From Trichoplax adhaerens (lineage: Eukaryota; Animalia; Placozoa), in contig NW_002060947.1 in assembly GCF_000150275.1 (NCBI RefSeq), forward strand, positions 5,118,267 to 5,182,266: DNA of 64,000 nt. The letters are read 5' to 3'. Position 1 is the first letter of the stretch; the number at the start of each line of letters is the position of its first letter. The position numbers and the translations under genes were made by a program. This document shows, in pieces, positions 14,498 through 27,831 of this stretch. The notes under the pieces are model-generated. The model ran no database searches. It saw nothing but the letters and a program-made list of their open reading frames with translations, and had not been told where the DNA came from.

Positions 14498-14547
14498 NNN
14501 NNNNNNNNNNNNNNNNNNNNNNNNNNNNNNNNNNNNNNNNNNNNNNN
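14498..14547. other. Assembly gap (50 N)
   Basis: Run of N in the sequence. Confidence 1.
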
Positions 14548-15264
14548 AGGACTAATAGAGTATATAAATGGAATAGCAATCAATAAAAAGTAGAAAGAGT
14601 TACGTTATAAAGTGTTGTGAGTAGATGTGCACTTCGCACAGGTTCCAATTACTGTACCCTAGGCTAGGTATAGATAATCTTATGGATGGAAGTAAAATTG
14701 ACTATACACACTGGGTTATTTCTTGTGTTTTTTATTGGGTAAGTAAGGGTTATGAGATACTTATAAGCTACTAAATATGCCTATTAGATATTACTTTCTT
14801 CAATTCAATTAAATTAATTCCGATGATACCATACAGACATTGAACTTGATGGTGATGATTATACTCTTCCATTACTCTTTTTCGCTTTAAATAAATATTT
14901 TGACGAAATTACTTAAGCATTGAAAGATAAGTTATCATGAGGCAAACAACAATTGTTGCTGTATGTATGCCTGAATAGCGAAATTACAGTCGTCAGAAGG
15001 TATACATGTAAGTATTCAAAAATATACAATAGTTAATCTAATTTCGTTTATTCTTTTCAATTCATCGATAATTTTATGATTGCATTGCTGCGATACGTAA
15101 AGTCCACGAAATAAATTAGATTAATCTGATAACTATTGTGCAGAATCGCTCTCTGCTTAACTAAGCCAAATTATTGATTTGTAAATTAAAAGTAGTTTTT
15201 ATTGTAGACATTAATATAAGCTTTAGCCACCTTAAAAATTCGAGTTATCAACCCGTTTATTTCG

Positions 15265-16262
15265 TCATGATTTCTTTATCGCTACTAACTTAATCCACCA
15301 ATAATTCAATGATTTCATAACTCCCTTTTTAATGTCGATATCATAGGAATAATATAAGCAAGGGTTAATAATGCTGATGATAATATTAGTAGTGAAAGAT
15401 AAAAATGCTAGAATATATAGGAATGCATTATCATAGAGCAATTGCTGATATTCTTTCCCTGTCAAAACGATAGCTAATATTAAATAAATAATGGTCGCGT
15501 AAAGAGGGCATCCGCTGTCACTATCAGGATCGCCATCTTGATAAAAATCCTCTTCATTAAGCGGTCTTGACTGAGCTGGATGGGTAGAGCTTCTTCCGGT
15601 CTAATGTATAGTTTCATGTAAGCTATAATCCTACTCTACCATAGTTATTGGCCATAATTGCTACAGGTAAAGCGTAAAAAACTGCAGATGTTGTCCCTAT
15701 ATAGTAGCGTTAGCGGTTTGGTTACAGATAGATCGCAGTGTAGTGGATGTGTAGGATAACATCGAACATAGCTGATAGTTGGTAGCGTAAGAATAGTGGT
15801 TGATAGTTGGTAGCGTAAGAATAGTGGTAAATATTATTACTAAAGTTAAATTAATAGTTACAAAGCGTCTCTCGTTTCGAATATAATAAGATGACGATGG
15901 TTTAGCAATGGCATAATACCGATTAAAGCTGATTAATGCCATTAAGGCTATAGACACTTTAAATGATAATATAGCAATATGCATAAAGGAGCGACAGGAG
16001 TGACGCAGTATTTTGCCTGGCATCTGTGATAATTTTGTAAATACGAGTACGGTTGAAAATGTTATTGCTGAAAATGAAAATGCCGCATCGACTATAACAG
16101 AAATGAAAACAATTCTGTAAGTTAATGATTGTAGCTTTTTTCTCTCATAATGGCATATGCTAGTATAAGGTTAAACGTAAATCCAGTGATCGTTAGTGAG
16201 ATGCTAATTGCAGAAAGGACTTTGTAATTATAGGACGCTATAGTGTAGTTATGATGATTCAT
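15265..16262 (-). pseudogene. GPCR pseudogene, array copy 4 (subfamily II)
   Basis: ATG at 16262 (MNHHNYTIASYNYKVLSAISISLTITGFTFN); frameshift after TM1; continues KLQSLTYRIVFISVIVD...SFNRYYAIAKP (DRY>NRY); a 28-bp tandem duplication at 15773-15828 shifts the frame; further lesions; remnants YIRPE...FIKM and INPCLYYSYDIDIK. Confidence 0.88.
15773..15828. repeat. Perfect 28-bp tandem duplication inside the GPCR pseudogene
   Basis: TGATAGTTGGTAGCGTAAGAATAGTGGT occurs twice (15773-15800 and 15801-15828). Confidence 0.95.
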
Positions 16263-18262
16263 ATAATAAAATAATCGACGTACTTCTACTGCTCTAGGGC
16301 TAGCAGGCTATGCTAATGCAGTAAAGCCCAAATAAGTTTAAGGCTAAAATTATAGAATAATGCGAAAATTGATAAATTGTACGCTAGATTGTAAGACTGT
16401 ATAAGTTTCTAATTGTGGAAGATATTTACAGAATATATAGTAGTAATTGTATTGAGATGCTTACATACGTAACATATATATAATTAGCTATTATAGTATA
16501 TGTTGACCGCAGGATGATACGATTGCATTATTGTCTACGATTGATATTACAGATTGATCGTTTAATTCATGCTCATAATATTTTTGATTACTAATTATGG
16601 ATGCATGAAGTTATTTGGGGGTTAACTGATGATAAAGTATACTTGAAGACTATTGTAAAGTACAAATAATGACTCCGAACCTATGAGGTATGAAAAAATT
16701 CAAAATTCTAAGCCTTAATGTAAAGAAGTTGTGATGAAGGGTCTATTTGGTTCGATTAATTTCGAAATTTTTTTATTTTAATTTGGTAGTAATACATTCA
16801 CCGCTATACTGTAGCATTAATGTTCTACCATATTAATTATTCTCCATTTGGTAATCATTAGAATTGCTAAGAGCCAATAGCCTTAATATAGCTAGTAGAT
16901 TAGATGTAGTGTTGATAAATTAGAATGAAGGTGTTTGCCGTGCTAGCTTGGTTTTCTGTATTTTTTTGCTTCCACGATTAACTTTTTTAAAACCCCATAT
17001 TTAGAGTATAGATAGATCACAATTATTAAGTACGATATCGTTATTTTTTTATCAGATTGCTTCAGCTAAGAAGTGTTTAAGGCGTTATGGGTATGGATTA
17101 AATTTTATAATTAAAGCCTAGTAATCAAGCATGAACATAAAGTTAATTTTTAACACCATCACAAACACTACTAGTCCTCGAATCCCAAAGATCATGTGAA
17201 ATTTTAGGCAACCTAACGATTCTTGCAGAAAGAACTTTGAGGATATGGCATTTCACTATATGTATTATCAGCAATGTAAGAAATGCGATAGCTTAATCGC
17301 ACTACAGTACAATACTTCTTTGATAATGATAATCATCCCTTTTGCAGTTCTAAATTTATTCTTTAAACAAAGCTGTTTGAGTTAATGAGCTCCTGATCCA
17401 ACAGATCACGGATTTTCAGGTTGTTTGTATTGTGCTAAAGAAGGCATTTACAATGAAATGGCTTTGTTTCAACTGATATCCAGGTCATTTATTATAAAAT
17501 TATTTTTTACATTTTGTTCTACAAATTCTGTGTAACCAAATCGGTGATTCTTAACTTGCGAATATCTAGTTTATTAATTTTTCGTTTTACAGATTTTGGT
17601 AGGTTGCTTTATTATAGTATTGATGCAGCCTACAGATTCAATTTTGGCCGTCATATGCACTTATATAAGCAAATTTAAACAGAATCTCTGCTGCACATGC
17701 TAACCTAAGTATTTAGATATGTCTTAAACTAATACGCAGAAATCTAAGATTTATCTTGTTTTAATTGATCTAAAATCACAACCGATTTTTACACCCCTAA
17801 GTTTGCAAAGAAGAGTGTAGATTATCTTGAATTGATACAGCTACTGCATTGAAATAAAGCTTTTCTTTAGATACAGATAGATCACCTTAGTTCCTACACA
17901 CGAAAGTCTACCAGAATGTATGAGAGTACATGAGTCTAGATATACTGCAGACTAGAAGTAGATTTAAGTTACAAAAATGATTCATAGATGAAAATATACC
18001 ATATCATGATTTGATAAAATACTGCCTAAGATCAAAGTTTTCGATATTGTGATTCTTTTAATGAAAGAATTATAATGAATAGCAATGTTTAATACTTAAA
18101 ATATAAGATTATCTTCATGAAATAATAAAATTTACGCCATTAGTTTACTTTACTTTGCTGTTCTTCAGATGCTTCCTATTGATATAGTCTGCCGAGAGAG
18201 CGCCAGTAATCATAACAAATCCAAAACTCAGTTCACTTAATCTGAAATCTTTGATGAGATAG

Positions 18263-19237
18263 TTAGCTACTAATGTGAAGAACTCTCCCATTAGCCTTCT
18301 TTGAAAATAGCTTTCTTGCAACATGCCAAGCAATTTTGCGAATATTGCTATCAAACTGTAGATAAAACAATGGATTTATTACCGCAATACTAGTAGTACC
18401 AGCAAATGAGAAAAATGCCAAGAGGTAGTAGACAATATTGATATTTTGAATTTGCTTTAAAGATTTTCCTGTAATTGCCATTCCTACACCCGTGGCAAAG
18501 AATGGCCAAGTTGAAAGTAAATATGCGGCTGTGATACAGAATAAAAATCTATTTAGCTTTTTCTTTTGGCGTTCATGACTCATGTTGTGACCGATCCTAA
18601 CACCAGGTCTTACGTACGTAAATTGGTATCTGATGATGCTGCCATAAGCAAATACAATGATAATACATGGAATAACATACAAGACCAGCACGATGGCTAC
18701 TAAATAAATAGATATTGCTATTGTAAACTCACGTATGTCACAGAAATCTGTTTCATTTCGATAAACATCATTGTACATTGCGGTAGGAATGGTAGTTATA
18801 GTAGCAATAGTGCAAACAAGAAGTTGTGCAATTTTAAGTATTTTGCTTTTATTTTTACGATAAAAGAATGATATTGGCTTGACTGCGGCATAATAGCGAT
18901 CTACGCTAATAATGCATAATGTATAGATAGAAATAGCGTAAGATGTCAGTATTATATAAAATAGGCCTCGGCATAGAATAGATGCTAAGACGTAGTTCAC
19001 ATTAGTCGTTACTAAAATTATGAAAGCGGTAGCTGATGCTATATTAGATATTATGTCCGAAATAATATTGACACGGATTAAGAAATAGCTTATATTATGA
19101 AAGCAAGAATTTGTACTAATGATGTATAAAACAAAAGCATTTAAAACTAAACCTAGTAAAGAAATTGGTATAGCAGCTGCTGCTGCGTAACTTCGAAGTG
19201 CTTGAAAGAAAGAAAAATTGATACCTGAAGTGTTCAT
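18263..19237 (-). CDS. Intronless class A orphan GPCR, array copy 5 (subfamily I)
   Basis: 324-aa 7TM ORF; GLVLN, IRVNIISD, SVDRYYAAVKP, VYRNETDFCD, YVRPG, TWPFF, INPLFY. Confidence 0.95.
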   Translation of the reverse strand: MNTSGINFSFFQALRSYAAAAAIPISLLGLVLNAFVLYIISTNSCFHNISYFLIRVNIISDIISNIASATAFIILVTTNVNYVLASILCRGLFYIILTSYAISIYTLCIISVDRYYAAVKPISFFYRKNKSKILKIAQLLVCTIATITTIPTAMYNDVYRNETDFCDIREFTIAISIYLVAIVLVLYVIPCIIIVFAYGSIIRYQFTYVRPGVRIGHNMSHERQKKKLNRFLFCITAAYLLSTWPFFATGVGMAITGKSLKQIQNINIVYYLLAFFSFAGTTSIAVINPLFYLQFDSNIRKIAWHVARKLFSKKANGRVLHISS

Positions 19238-20508
19238 AACTCATTCTATGTCTTCATTGAAGGTGAATTCTGATGATAAAGCATAAAATTTTTTTACTCT
19301 CGTACTTCTATCTTGTAATTCTTTATATAAATATATTATATGGGCAGTTTTCGAAATGAACCCTTTTGCTTTAAAAGTGCTCGAGTAATGTTGGCTTGAG
19401 GAAAGTAAGCAAATAAGCTTTTCTTCCAAATATACACGTACACATCTGATTTCAAGGTCTGCTCACTATGGCAACCTTCACAAGTACAGAATAAGATTGG
19501 TAGGCTTATTAAATTTATTGATCAATAATTAACTCTAATCCACGGCTTATTTTAATTAACCTATTTGTCGAAATTATAATGCCATCTTATAAGATTTCAA
19601 TAAAACCAACGTCTTTATGTATATGTCAACCTGAAGACAATTTCATTGTCATGGTGACAATGATTAATCTATTAAAAACACTAATAAAAAGCCATAAATT
19701 GCTGTTTATCATAACCTTTCTAATCGTAAGTAAAATTTTAGTTAATACTGACATTCAATGGTGCTCATTCAATTGCTCTAAAGTCAATCTTTCTTGCATT
19801 ATGATCTCCGCAATAAGAATGGTCTGAAATTGATGTAAAATCATGCATGATTTCTAGAAAAGCTGTAAATTAAAATCACTTGATTAACTATGTTAGATAT
19901 TATTGTTTAATTATTATTGCTAGAAAATGAGTCAAAAATTTTTCTTCATTATTTCGATCAATTCTTGCTCTATTGAATCAGATCTTAAATCAGTTGTAAA
20001 CATTCGTTGTGATCGTCTATCATCTTGGCTTAAGTTTGTCATGTATGTGGATTTAGACCGAAATATCCTATTTATTTGCAGCTAATGCCAAGTGTTATAA
20101 ATTGTCTTACCAGTTATTATTATTAGAACTATGTTTACTATATCACGGATAATAAAACCATCTTTACTAGAGGTTACGTAGCATTCGATAGAATTATTTT
20201 TGAGCTTGATAAAAATCTTTTAGCACTATAAGAAGTTATGTGGCAGATCTATTTTGTTGCTTCTAATATTCTCGCAATAGATCAATAAAATAGCGGTTAT
20301 CAGTTAAAAATTTAAGCTGCTTGTGAGTTACAGCTATAATCTAGCCAGTTTCTCAGGTTTTGGAGATTCTTAAATTAAAGTTCACTTGGTAAATAGTCGT
20401 AACTCAAACTTTGCTAAAATAATACATAACAGACAATATTTTAATATTTACATTAAATTTGAAATAATCCATAAAGTATAGTGCGCTCCGTGTAAATACC
20501 TATGTGTA

Positions 20509-21047
20509 TGTCACAACTACCCTTGCGACACAAGAAAACAACACAATACTTATAATAAACTTTACATTAATCCGCAGAACTACTTTCCAAGCGTACGGTA
20601 TAGTAGCTGGAATTCTCGCGAAGTACTAACTCGCTCTACATAATATACTACACAAAACTATCGCACAACTTAACCTTAACCTGAATCACTTTTTATTGAT
20701 CACAGTCCTTCTTATATACTCTTTCCGGTGTTATAAACATATTTACTATACTATCAACACATTTCAATAACAAAGATGTTATTATGATTGAATTATCAAA
20801 TACGGACATTCGAGGTAATAAACAATTTCATACATAAATCTTCTTCGACTGTAAGCCCTGTTAAGCTCCTATGTTCACGATACTTACTTGTAACATATTA
20901 CTATATCATCATAATATATCATAGTAACTTAGCTTATAACTAGCAATAATAATTCCTAAAGTAGTAGTTCATACTTATGAAAAGTTCAAAACAAAATGTT
21001 ATCATAAACTACACATCCATATTCAAGTTATTTTGATGACTGTGGCA
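20509..21047 (-). mobile_element. Solo-LTR-like element, 539 bp
   Basis: TGTCACA...TGTGGCA on +; perfect TSD GTGTA (20504-20508 and 21048-21052); terminal hairpin on the minus strand TGTCGCAA-GGGTAG-TTGTGACA. Confidence 0.75.
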
Positions 21048-23387
21048 GTGTAGTTCTTTATAAACTTATTATTGGTATATTATAAAATCATCTTTGACCC
21101 TATAGTACATTAGATAGCATGGAACTGGGATGTGAATGGAAAATTTTAAGTGTGGTTTAAAAGAATTAATAATTTAACTCTAGTTCCGCATCGTTTTGTA
21201 CGCTCTTCGTAAGCACGAAATAAAGTAAACCTATTCTATAACTAAGGCTAAATAGTTCTTCACTGACTGTAATCCTGACTTATATATATCCGATATACCA
21301 CATTACACGATATCCATCCTTGCATATCGAATTCCAGTGCGACATAGAGCAAAAAGACAAGTTAAACTATAGCTTGCAATACGAAATAATATTATATGTT
21401 ATACAGACTGCATGAGTATAATTAATACAGTACCTTGCTACTACATAAACTCATAACAATTTTATTTAATTATAATTGAAAGACATAACTATACAGTTTT
21501 TAAACGTATATTATACAACTTGAGCATGGGAATCACTCGTAAAAATCCGAGAATTGTTTAGTACAGTAATAATTATTTAATTTTCCCGTTTTTTGAGTTA
21601 ATTTAGTTACACGTTATAAGTATAATTACCTGTGCAGATGAATACGAGAATAATAACTGCAAATACTCTGTCTATTAAGAGTTACAGAATTGGTCATCAA
21701 AATCTTGATTATTTTCCTTTCATCTGTCTCAACATAGCAATCCTAGTTATTTAATAGGGATTCGATGTTTTTTATTAGCGTTTCCTTACAATGCAAATTA
21801 ATTGTAAATTTCTTTGTCATATCTTTATAATAATTATCGGAGTCTATTTCTAGTTATCAAATATTCACATACTTTAAATCAATCGCCATGAAATGACATC
21901 TTTAATTGCATCAATTTTCAATTCATAGCACTTATGTTTGAGGTAATTATGCCCAAAATCGCGAGGGAAAATTTTAAGTCATTGGTTACAGTATAATTCT
22001 GGCTATGTACGGAGGGGGGGGTATTCGATAGTCATGTTAAGCATTGGAGGTGTAAGTTGAAGTAGATAATTCATCTGATGGAGCTCTTGATTGTTAACAA
22101 TTTCTCGTACTACATTTATTGAAAGAATCGCATTGCCGTATCAAAATGGTATCTTATTTTTTAATTACATCTCATCATTTGGATACAATGACCTGGACGC
22201 ATTGCTCCTAATTTACAATGGTATACTTCTCTTCACTTACTTTATAAACGAATATTCACTTTCTTCTCTGTACAGGAAAAAATTCTAAGTATTGCTAAAT
22301 ATTTAATCTATCAATTAGTCGTATTATTACGATGACTAGTGGACACTGATTGCGAAATTTTAGTGATCATTAATAATACGGCTTCATTTAACACATTCTG
22401 GCGCAGTAAGTAACTAGTAAATAAACAATTAACATGAGTTAGATGCAGAGAAGTACGCAATTACAAAATAAGGATGAGAATATAACCTATTAGGGTTCTA
22501 GTCTTTTAGTAATAAAGATTATTATATGGTGATTAGCTTGAAATTTATAAAATTGCGAAATTCAACAAATTTGATAATTAATCCTTTAATTTTATCATCG
22601 TCGCCTGTGTAAAATTAATTTCCAATTAAAGTAAGGTGCTTGAAGAGGTATTGTACGCACCATATGGCCTTTACCAGTGATCATAGTGCATCAAATGAAT
22701 TTCCTTTTCGGTAGCAGCCTAATCATATTACCTTTGTTATTTGTTTTATAACATCTGCAATGGAAAGGCTCTGAAAAATAAATCAGTAAATGTAGCTAGC
22801 AGTGCAACAGTTGCTTTCTTTCAACACCAAAATAATTTTACAAGAATGAGAATATAAAATTTATGTACACGAGTATGTATAGAAGAAAATTTCACTTTAC
22901 GGTGTTTTGTTTAAGAGTGAAATACATTTGAAAGTATAGAATTTATGAACAAATGAACAAATATATAACATGAACGCTGTGCATGTACTAAGTATTAGCG
23001 TCGTATCTAGTATTTATAACCGGCTAAGGAACTACGTACTAATAATTTTAGTATTGATTGACATTTGAAATTCTCGTTTTTGCATATTATTGTACAGAGT
23101 GTGCTAATAGCTGTTGCAAGGTAAATTATAGCAATTGATCATTAAATCCGATCCTATCAATAGATGCGAGATAAACAAAGTCTTGTATTTCTGAAACGCA
23201 AAATAAAGTAAAATTATTAATTTTGCTTTTCCTACACTTAAATATTTATAAACTATTTCGCTTCCATGATTAACAATTCGATTTAAGAATTTTATTTTAT
23301 GATTATATTAAATAAGATATCTCGACATAACTGTAACTAATTAGATTGAAATATCAGTGCTTACAGAATGTCAAATATGCATGATCT

Positions 23388-24407
23388 TCATTGAAGCCTA
23401 AAGTTTACTGCTGTTGTTTGGAGATTAGGATTATGAGCTACCACTTGAATTTTTCTGTTATTTTGCTTTAGCAATAATTTCCTTATGAGGTCGTATGACT
23501 TATTTCTGATATTTGTATCAAACTTCAAATAGAGATATGGATTTATGACACTTATACCCGTGGTTATATCGTATGAAAGAAAAGCTAGAAAATAGTAAGC
23601 ACAATTTTCATGGAATAACTTTCGAAGCGATTTTTGGGTAAAGGCTATACCTAAGCTTGTTGCAAAGTAAGGCCAATTCAGAAGTAAGAGAGAAGTTGTA
23701 ATGTAAACCAAAACTTTTACTTGCTTGCTCTTTTTAAATTCTTCTTCTTGTTTCTTTTCAATGGTTACTTTTCCTGGTCTTACATGATTTTTTAAGTAGT
23801 CAATAATTTTCCAGTAAGTGTATGCTAAGATAGATGAAGGAATGATGAATAGCCATACGGTACTCAGAATGAAATAGATTGAAGTTGCGGTATTAACTTT
23901 TATAAAATCGCAAAATTTAGGTTGATCAGGATATGTATCCATTAAAATAAGTATAGAAGCACAGACTGACATAGCAATAGTAACAATCATTATTTGTCCA
24001 ATAAGTACTATTTTAGTTCTATGTGTCCGATAATATCGGATCGATGATTTTACAGTTACAAAATATCTATCAATGCTGATTAAACACAGAGTAAGAATTG
24101 AAGTTCCATACGATACAAGTACGATATAAACTAAAATACGACATAATAATCGACCTGTTTCATATTTAAAGTCTACTGCAATAAATAAAAGATAGCCAAA
24201 GCTAGCTATTAATGTTATGATAATATCTGATACAACTGATACACGAATTAAATTGTAAGTAATTTTATAAAAGTAGGCGAATTTAATCATAACGTAGAAT
24301 ATAAATAAATTAGTTAAAAAGCCAACGGCAAAAAGTGGTATTGCAGCTATAGAGGCATAACTGTTGATAATTATAAAGTCAATGCTGATGTTAGATTTAT
24401 TAGCCAT
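23388..24407 (-). CDS. Intronless class A orphan GPCR, array copy 6 (subfamily I)
   Basis: 339-aa 7TM ORF; GFLTN, IRVSVVSD, SIDRYF, YPDQPKFCD, HVRPG, NWPYF, INPYLYLKFD. Confidence 0.95.
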   Translation of the reverse strand: MANKSNISIDFIIINSYASIAAIPLFAVGFLTNLFIFYVMIKFAYFYKITYNLIRVSVVSDIIITLIASFGYLLFIAVDFKYETGRLLCRILVYIVLVSYGTSILTLCLISIDRYFVTVKSSIRYYRTHRTKIVLIGQIMIVTIAMSVCASILILMDTYPDQPKFCDFIKVNTATSIYFILSTVWLFIIPSSILAYTYWKIIDYLKNHVRPGKVTIEKKQEEEFKKSKQVKVLVYITTSLLLLNWPYFATSLGIAFTQKSLRKLFHENCAYYFLAFLSYDITTGISVINPYLYLKFDTNIRNKSYDLIRKLLLKQNNRKIQVVAHNPNLQTTAVNFRLQ

Positions 24408-26874
24408 TTTTAAGAGAGTTTTAAATCGCCGCCGAAGAAATGTTACATTAAAGATCGGATAATAAATATAAATTCAGATTATGCGTATATGATACATAGG
24501 AGATTTAACTTTTTGTCTTCCAGTGCTGATCTTTATAATTGTTATATGAACAATCTAATTTTGAATTACAAATAAACAATATACAGAATGCTCATAATGG
24601 ATCAAACTAGACTGATTGTCACCTAAAACTAAAGATGGCAAACAAATTTTTATAATAATAGTAATGAATGTGCATATTGTACGGTGCATTGATTAATGTA
24701 TCTCTGATCTGCTGTGTCCGTTAATAATCCAAAATAGGTAACTTTTCTAAACGTAGAATCTATAAGTACAAAGCAAATTTTATAAATCAAAACAAAATTG
24801 ACAAATTTGTGATATTCCACGAGTTAATTTCGTCATTAGATCATATATACCGAATACTTTATTAATTGAGGACAAGCTCTTGATTTGATATTGTCCTTAT
24901 TATTGTATGAGTAGTGAGAACTTATATTTACCGTAAACTAGCGCCAGCTACGGAATAAATATTAAACAATACTAAGATAACATTAAAAGGTTGATTTTAT
25001 TTCTGCAGAATCTGTTTATTTGTCTGATAAATCAGGAGGTTATTTTGCATAACTAAATGAGTAGAAGTTATTAAACAATAGCTGGTGTCAAATTTTCTTC
25101 TCATAAATATCCGACTGATGCTTTCTATGATCCGGCCAGAAATTTCTATCTAGGCAGTTAACGTCTTGATGTCAAAGGTCAAACGTACAGCAGCACTTGT
25201 TCTTATGCAATGAAGCCGTAATTGCGGTATTTTGAATCTATATTGCCACATTCACAAGTCTAAAATAAGCTGAAAGAGGTCTGTAGAAATCAGACTGACA
25301 GCAGAATAAGTAATACATTATGTTATATAGTAGTATAAAGTAATATTAGTAAGTCTCTTATAACATTTTGTAATTTAGCCAAAAATCGTAGTTAATATTT
25401 TCGTGTAGTTGTTGGTCACCATATTCTAGCCTTAAACTGCTGTGCGACTTGTTGTCTCAGTTGTTTGAAATATTAAGTAGACGCAGATTTCCTGAATGCA
25501 GATTTTAATGATCCATAAATTGGTTTAAATTCTTAAAATGTTCTAATATCAAAAAATTATTTTATTGAAAATTATATCCTTTGTGTTACAATGAATCAAT
25601 GTTGATTATTTCTCTTTGAACTGTTATCCTGATCTGCTCCAATAATAATGTATCAATGAGGTATTAAATAAATACATCCAGTTTTTCATAAATAACTTAT
25701 TAATTTTACGTTTATTAGATAGATTTTCAACACTCAATAGTCAAATTTATCACGTTTCACTTTCATGAACGGTTACGTTAAGTACAATATTTGTTTAATT
25801 CGTCTCACTTGCGGCTTTTAACTTTCTAAACTAATAAATCACTTTTAATATTTCAATTATCAATGTAATTTCAATTATGCGAACGAATTAATGAGCTTAA
25901 CTTAAAATATTTCAAGTCGGAAAGACCGTAAGCGTAGGTACAAGAGCTCATTTGAAGATTACTTTATCTAAATAATTTACAAACATAAATTCTTATCGGC
26001 CATCATTATTATGTATTTTATAAGCATGTTGGTAAAGTATAGTCTACAAAGTTTAGAACATTGACTGGATTATTGTCTTATAAGACAGCAAGAGTAAATT
26101 CATATCTATATATGCAAATATCTCATAACAATGGAAAAGAAACGAAAAGCTTTATTTGGTACAATGGAATAGACATCATTGGCATAATTTAGCAGAACCC
26201 ACGCTTTTTCTGCAGAACTATTGGCCATGATTATAAAAATTACAGACATACATATACTATAAAATATTAGTACTAATCTTCAATAGCCCTTTTCTTTATG
26301 TAAGAGTTAAACGAATGAATTCTTTGTTATTTTATCGTAGCCAGTAATAAATTTTTTTTAAATCATTAGTATAACTTGCACTATCTGATTCAAAAAAAGG
26401 AAATAGCAGTTTTACTAGTAATTGTACTAAAAAATTGTAATGTTAGTCTTACTAGTCTTAATATTATTAAAAACTGCATAAAACCTACCAGATATAAGAA
26501 CCAAAACTTAATTTACGACATATATCATGATATATATATGCTGTAAATCGTGGAAATCCAGTATATGGATTAAAGTTTTATATGTATTCGCTTTAGTAAA
26601 TCTGATAAAATGAATTGAATGGAACCTGATATAATGCATAAATATATTATAATTATACTCATTACATTAATTTTCAGATGCCTGACAAAGAAGAGTGTGT
26701 CAGTGTAGCGCAGCTTAGAAATACATTTATACTTTTTTCAAAGTCTACATACTAAGCACTAAGCAATTAATTTTCGTTTCATAATATCTGACTAACAAAA
26801 CTAAGTTTTAGAGAATTTCGACAGAAAGAGCGGTATCAAACTACTGTACTCATACATTGTATCTCTATCTGCGA

Positions 26875-27831
26875 CTAATTAGTTGCATTACGGTACCTTC
26901 GGAAGTGGAGCCGAAAAATTTTTTGAATTTTTTGTCTAATGTTGGCGTCATAGGCGTAGTACAAATAGGGATTTAAAATACATATAAGGATATGACTACA
27001 GGTCAGGAAAAAAGTTATCAGATAAACGGAAGTAAATTTAAATTTTAAATTAAGATACGAATTTTCATCAAAGGAATGAATAATCAAAGTAATAAACTGC
27101 GGTAATATTGAAATTGTGTAAGATGATCCAATAATAATCATCATTTTCGTGAAAGCTCTCTTTAACTGAAGATCTTGATATTGTTTCGGTAAAATCATAC
27201 CCGGTCGTACATGATTCTTCACAGTCTTAAGTATTTTCGCGTAAGTTATGATCATAAAGACCGTTGGTATAACGTAAAAAGTTATGAATATACAAGCCAT
27301 ATAAGTTCGTAATGGTGGGCTCTTATAATATATATCGCAATGAAGAGATCGATGTGGTCTGTATATAACATAAACCACCGCTGGCACTGCCACTATCATG
27401 CTGATTGCTAAGGATAAAATAATATAACTAAGTACGAATTGTGCTTTATATTCCTGATACCATACAGAAAAAGGCTTGACTAAAGCGTAATATCGATCCA
27501 TGCACATTAAAGATAGTAGCAAGCTTCTAACAGCCATCGACATGATAGCAACAAACATAAATATTTGACAAGCAGTAGAACCATATTTTAGGCTAGGTAC
27601 GACCAGTACAGCACTGAAAGAGAAAATTATTGTCGTTAATAGTAATATCAAGTCTTGTACCAGCAATAGTAAAATGGTGAAGTAGGACATAGTTTGTAAT
27701 TTTCGACTAAAAATAATAATGTAAACTATTATTCCATTAAGGAAAAATCCAGTAATTTTAATAGGTATAGTACTTAAAACCAGAAAGGTATTGATAGTAG
27801 TTATGTTACTAAAAGAATTATTATAATCCAT
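26875..27831 (-). CDS. Intronless class A orphan GPCR, array copy 7 (subfamily II, divergent)
   Basis: 318-aa 7TM ORF; GFFLN, CMDRYYALVKP, LHCD, HVRPGMILP, FTKMMI, LNPYLY; the TM6 Trp is replaced (SILPQF). Confidence 0.93.
   Translation of the reverse strand: MDYNNSFSNITTINTFLVLSTIPIKITGFFLNGIIVYIIIFSRKLQTMSYFTILLLLVQDLILLLTTIIFSFSAVLVVPSLKYGSTACQIFMFVAIMSMAVRSLLLSLMCMDRYYALVKPFSVWYQEYKAQFVLSYIILSLAISMIVAVPAVVYVIYRPHRSLHCDIYYKSPPLRTYMACIFITFYVIPTVFMIITYAKILKTVKNHVRPGMILPKQYQDLQLKRAFTKMMIIIGSSYTISILPQFITLIIHSFDENSYLNLKFKFTSVYLITFFLTCSHILICILNPYLYYAYDANIRQKIQKIFRLHFRRYRNATN

Noticed and set aside
14325-14583. ORFs spanning the N gap
   Set aside because: Artefacts of translating through Ns.
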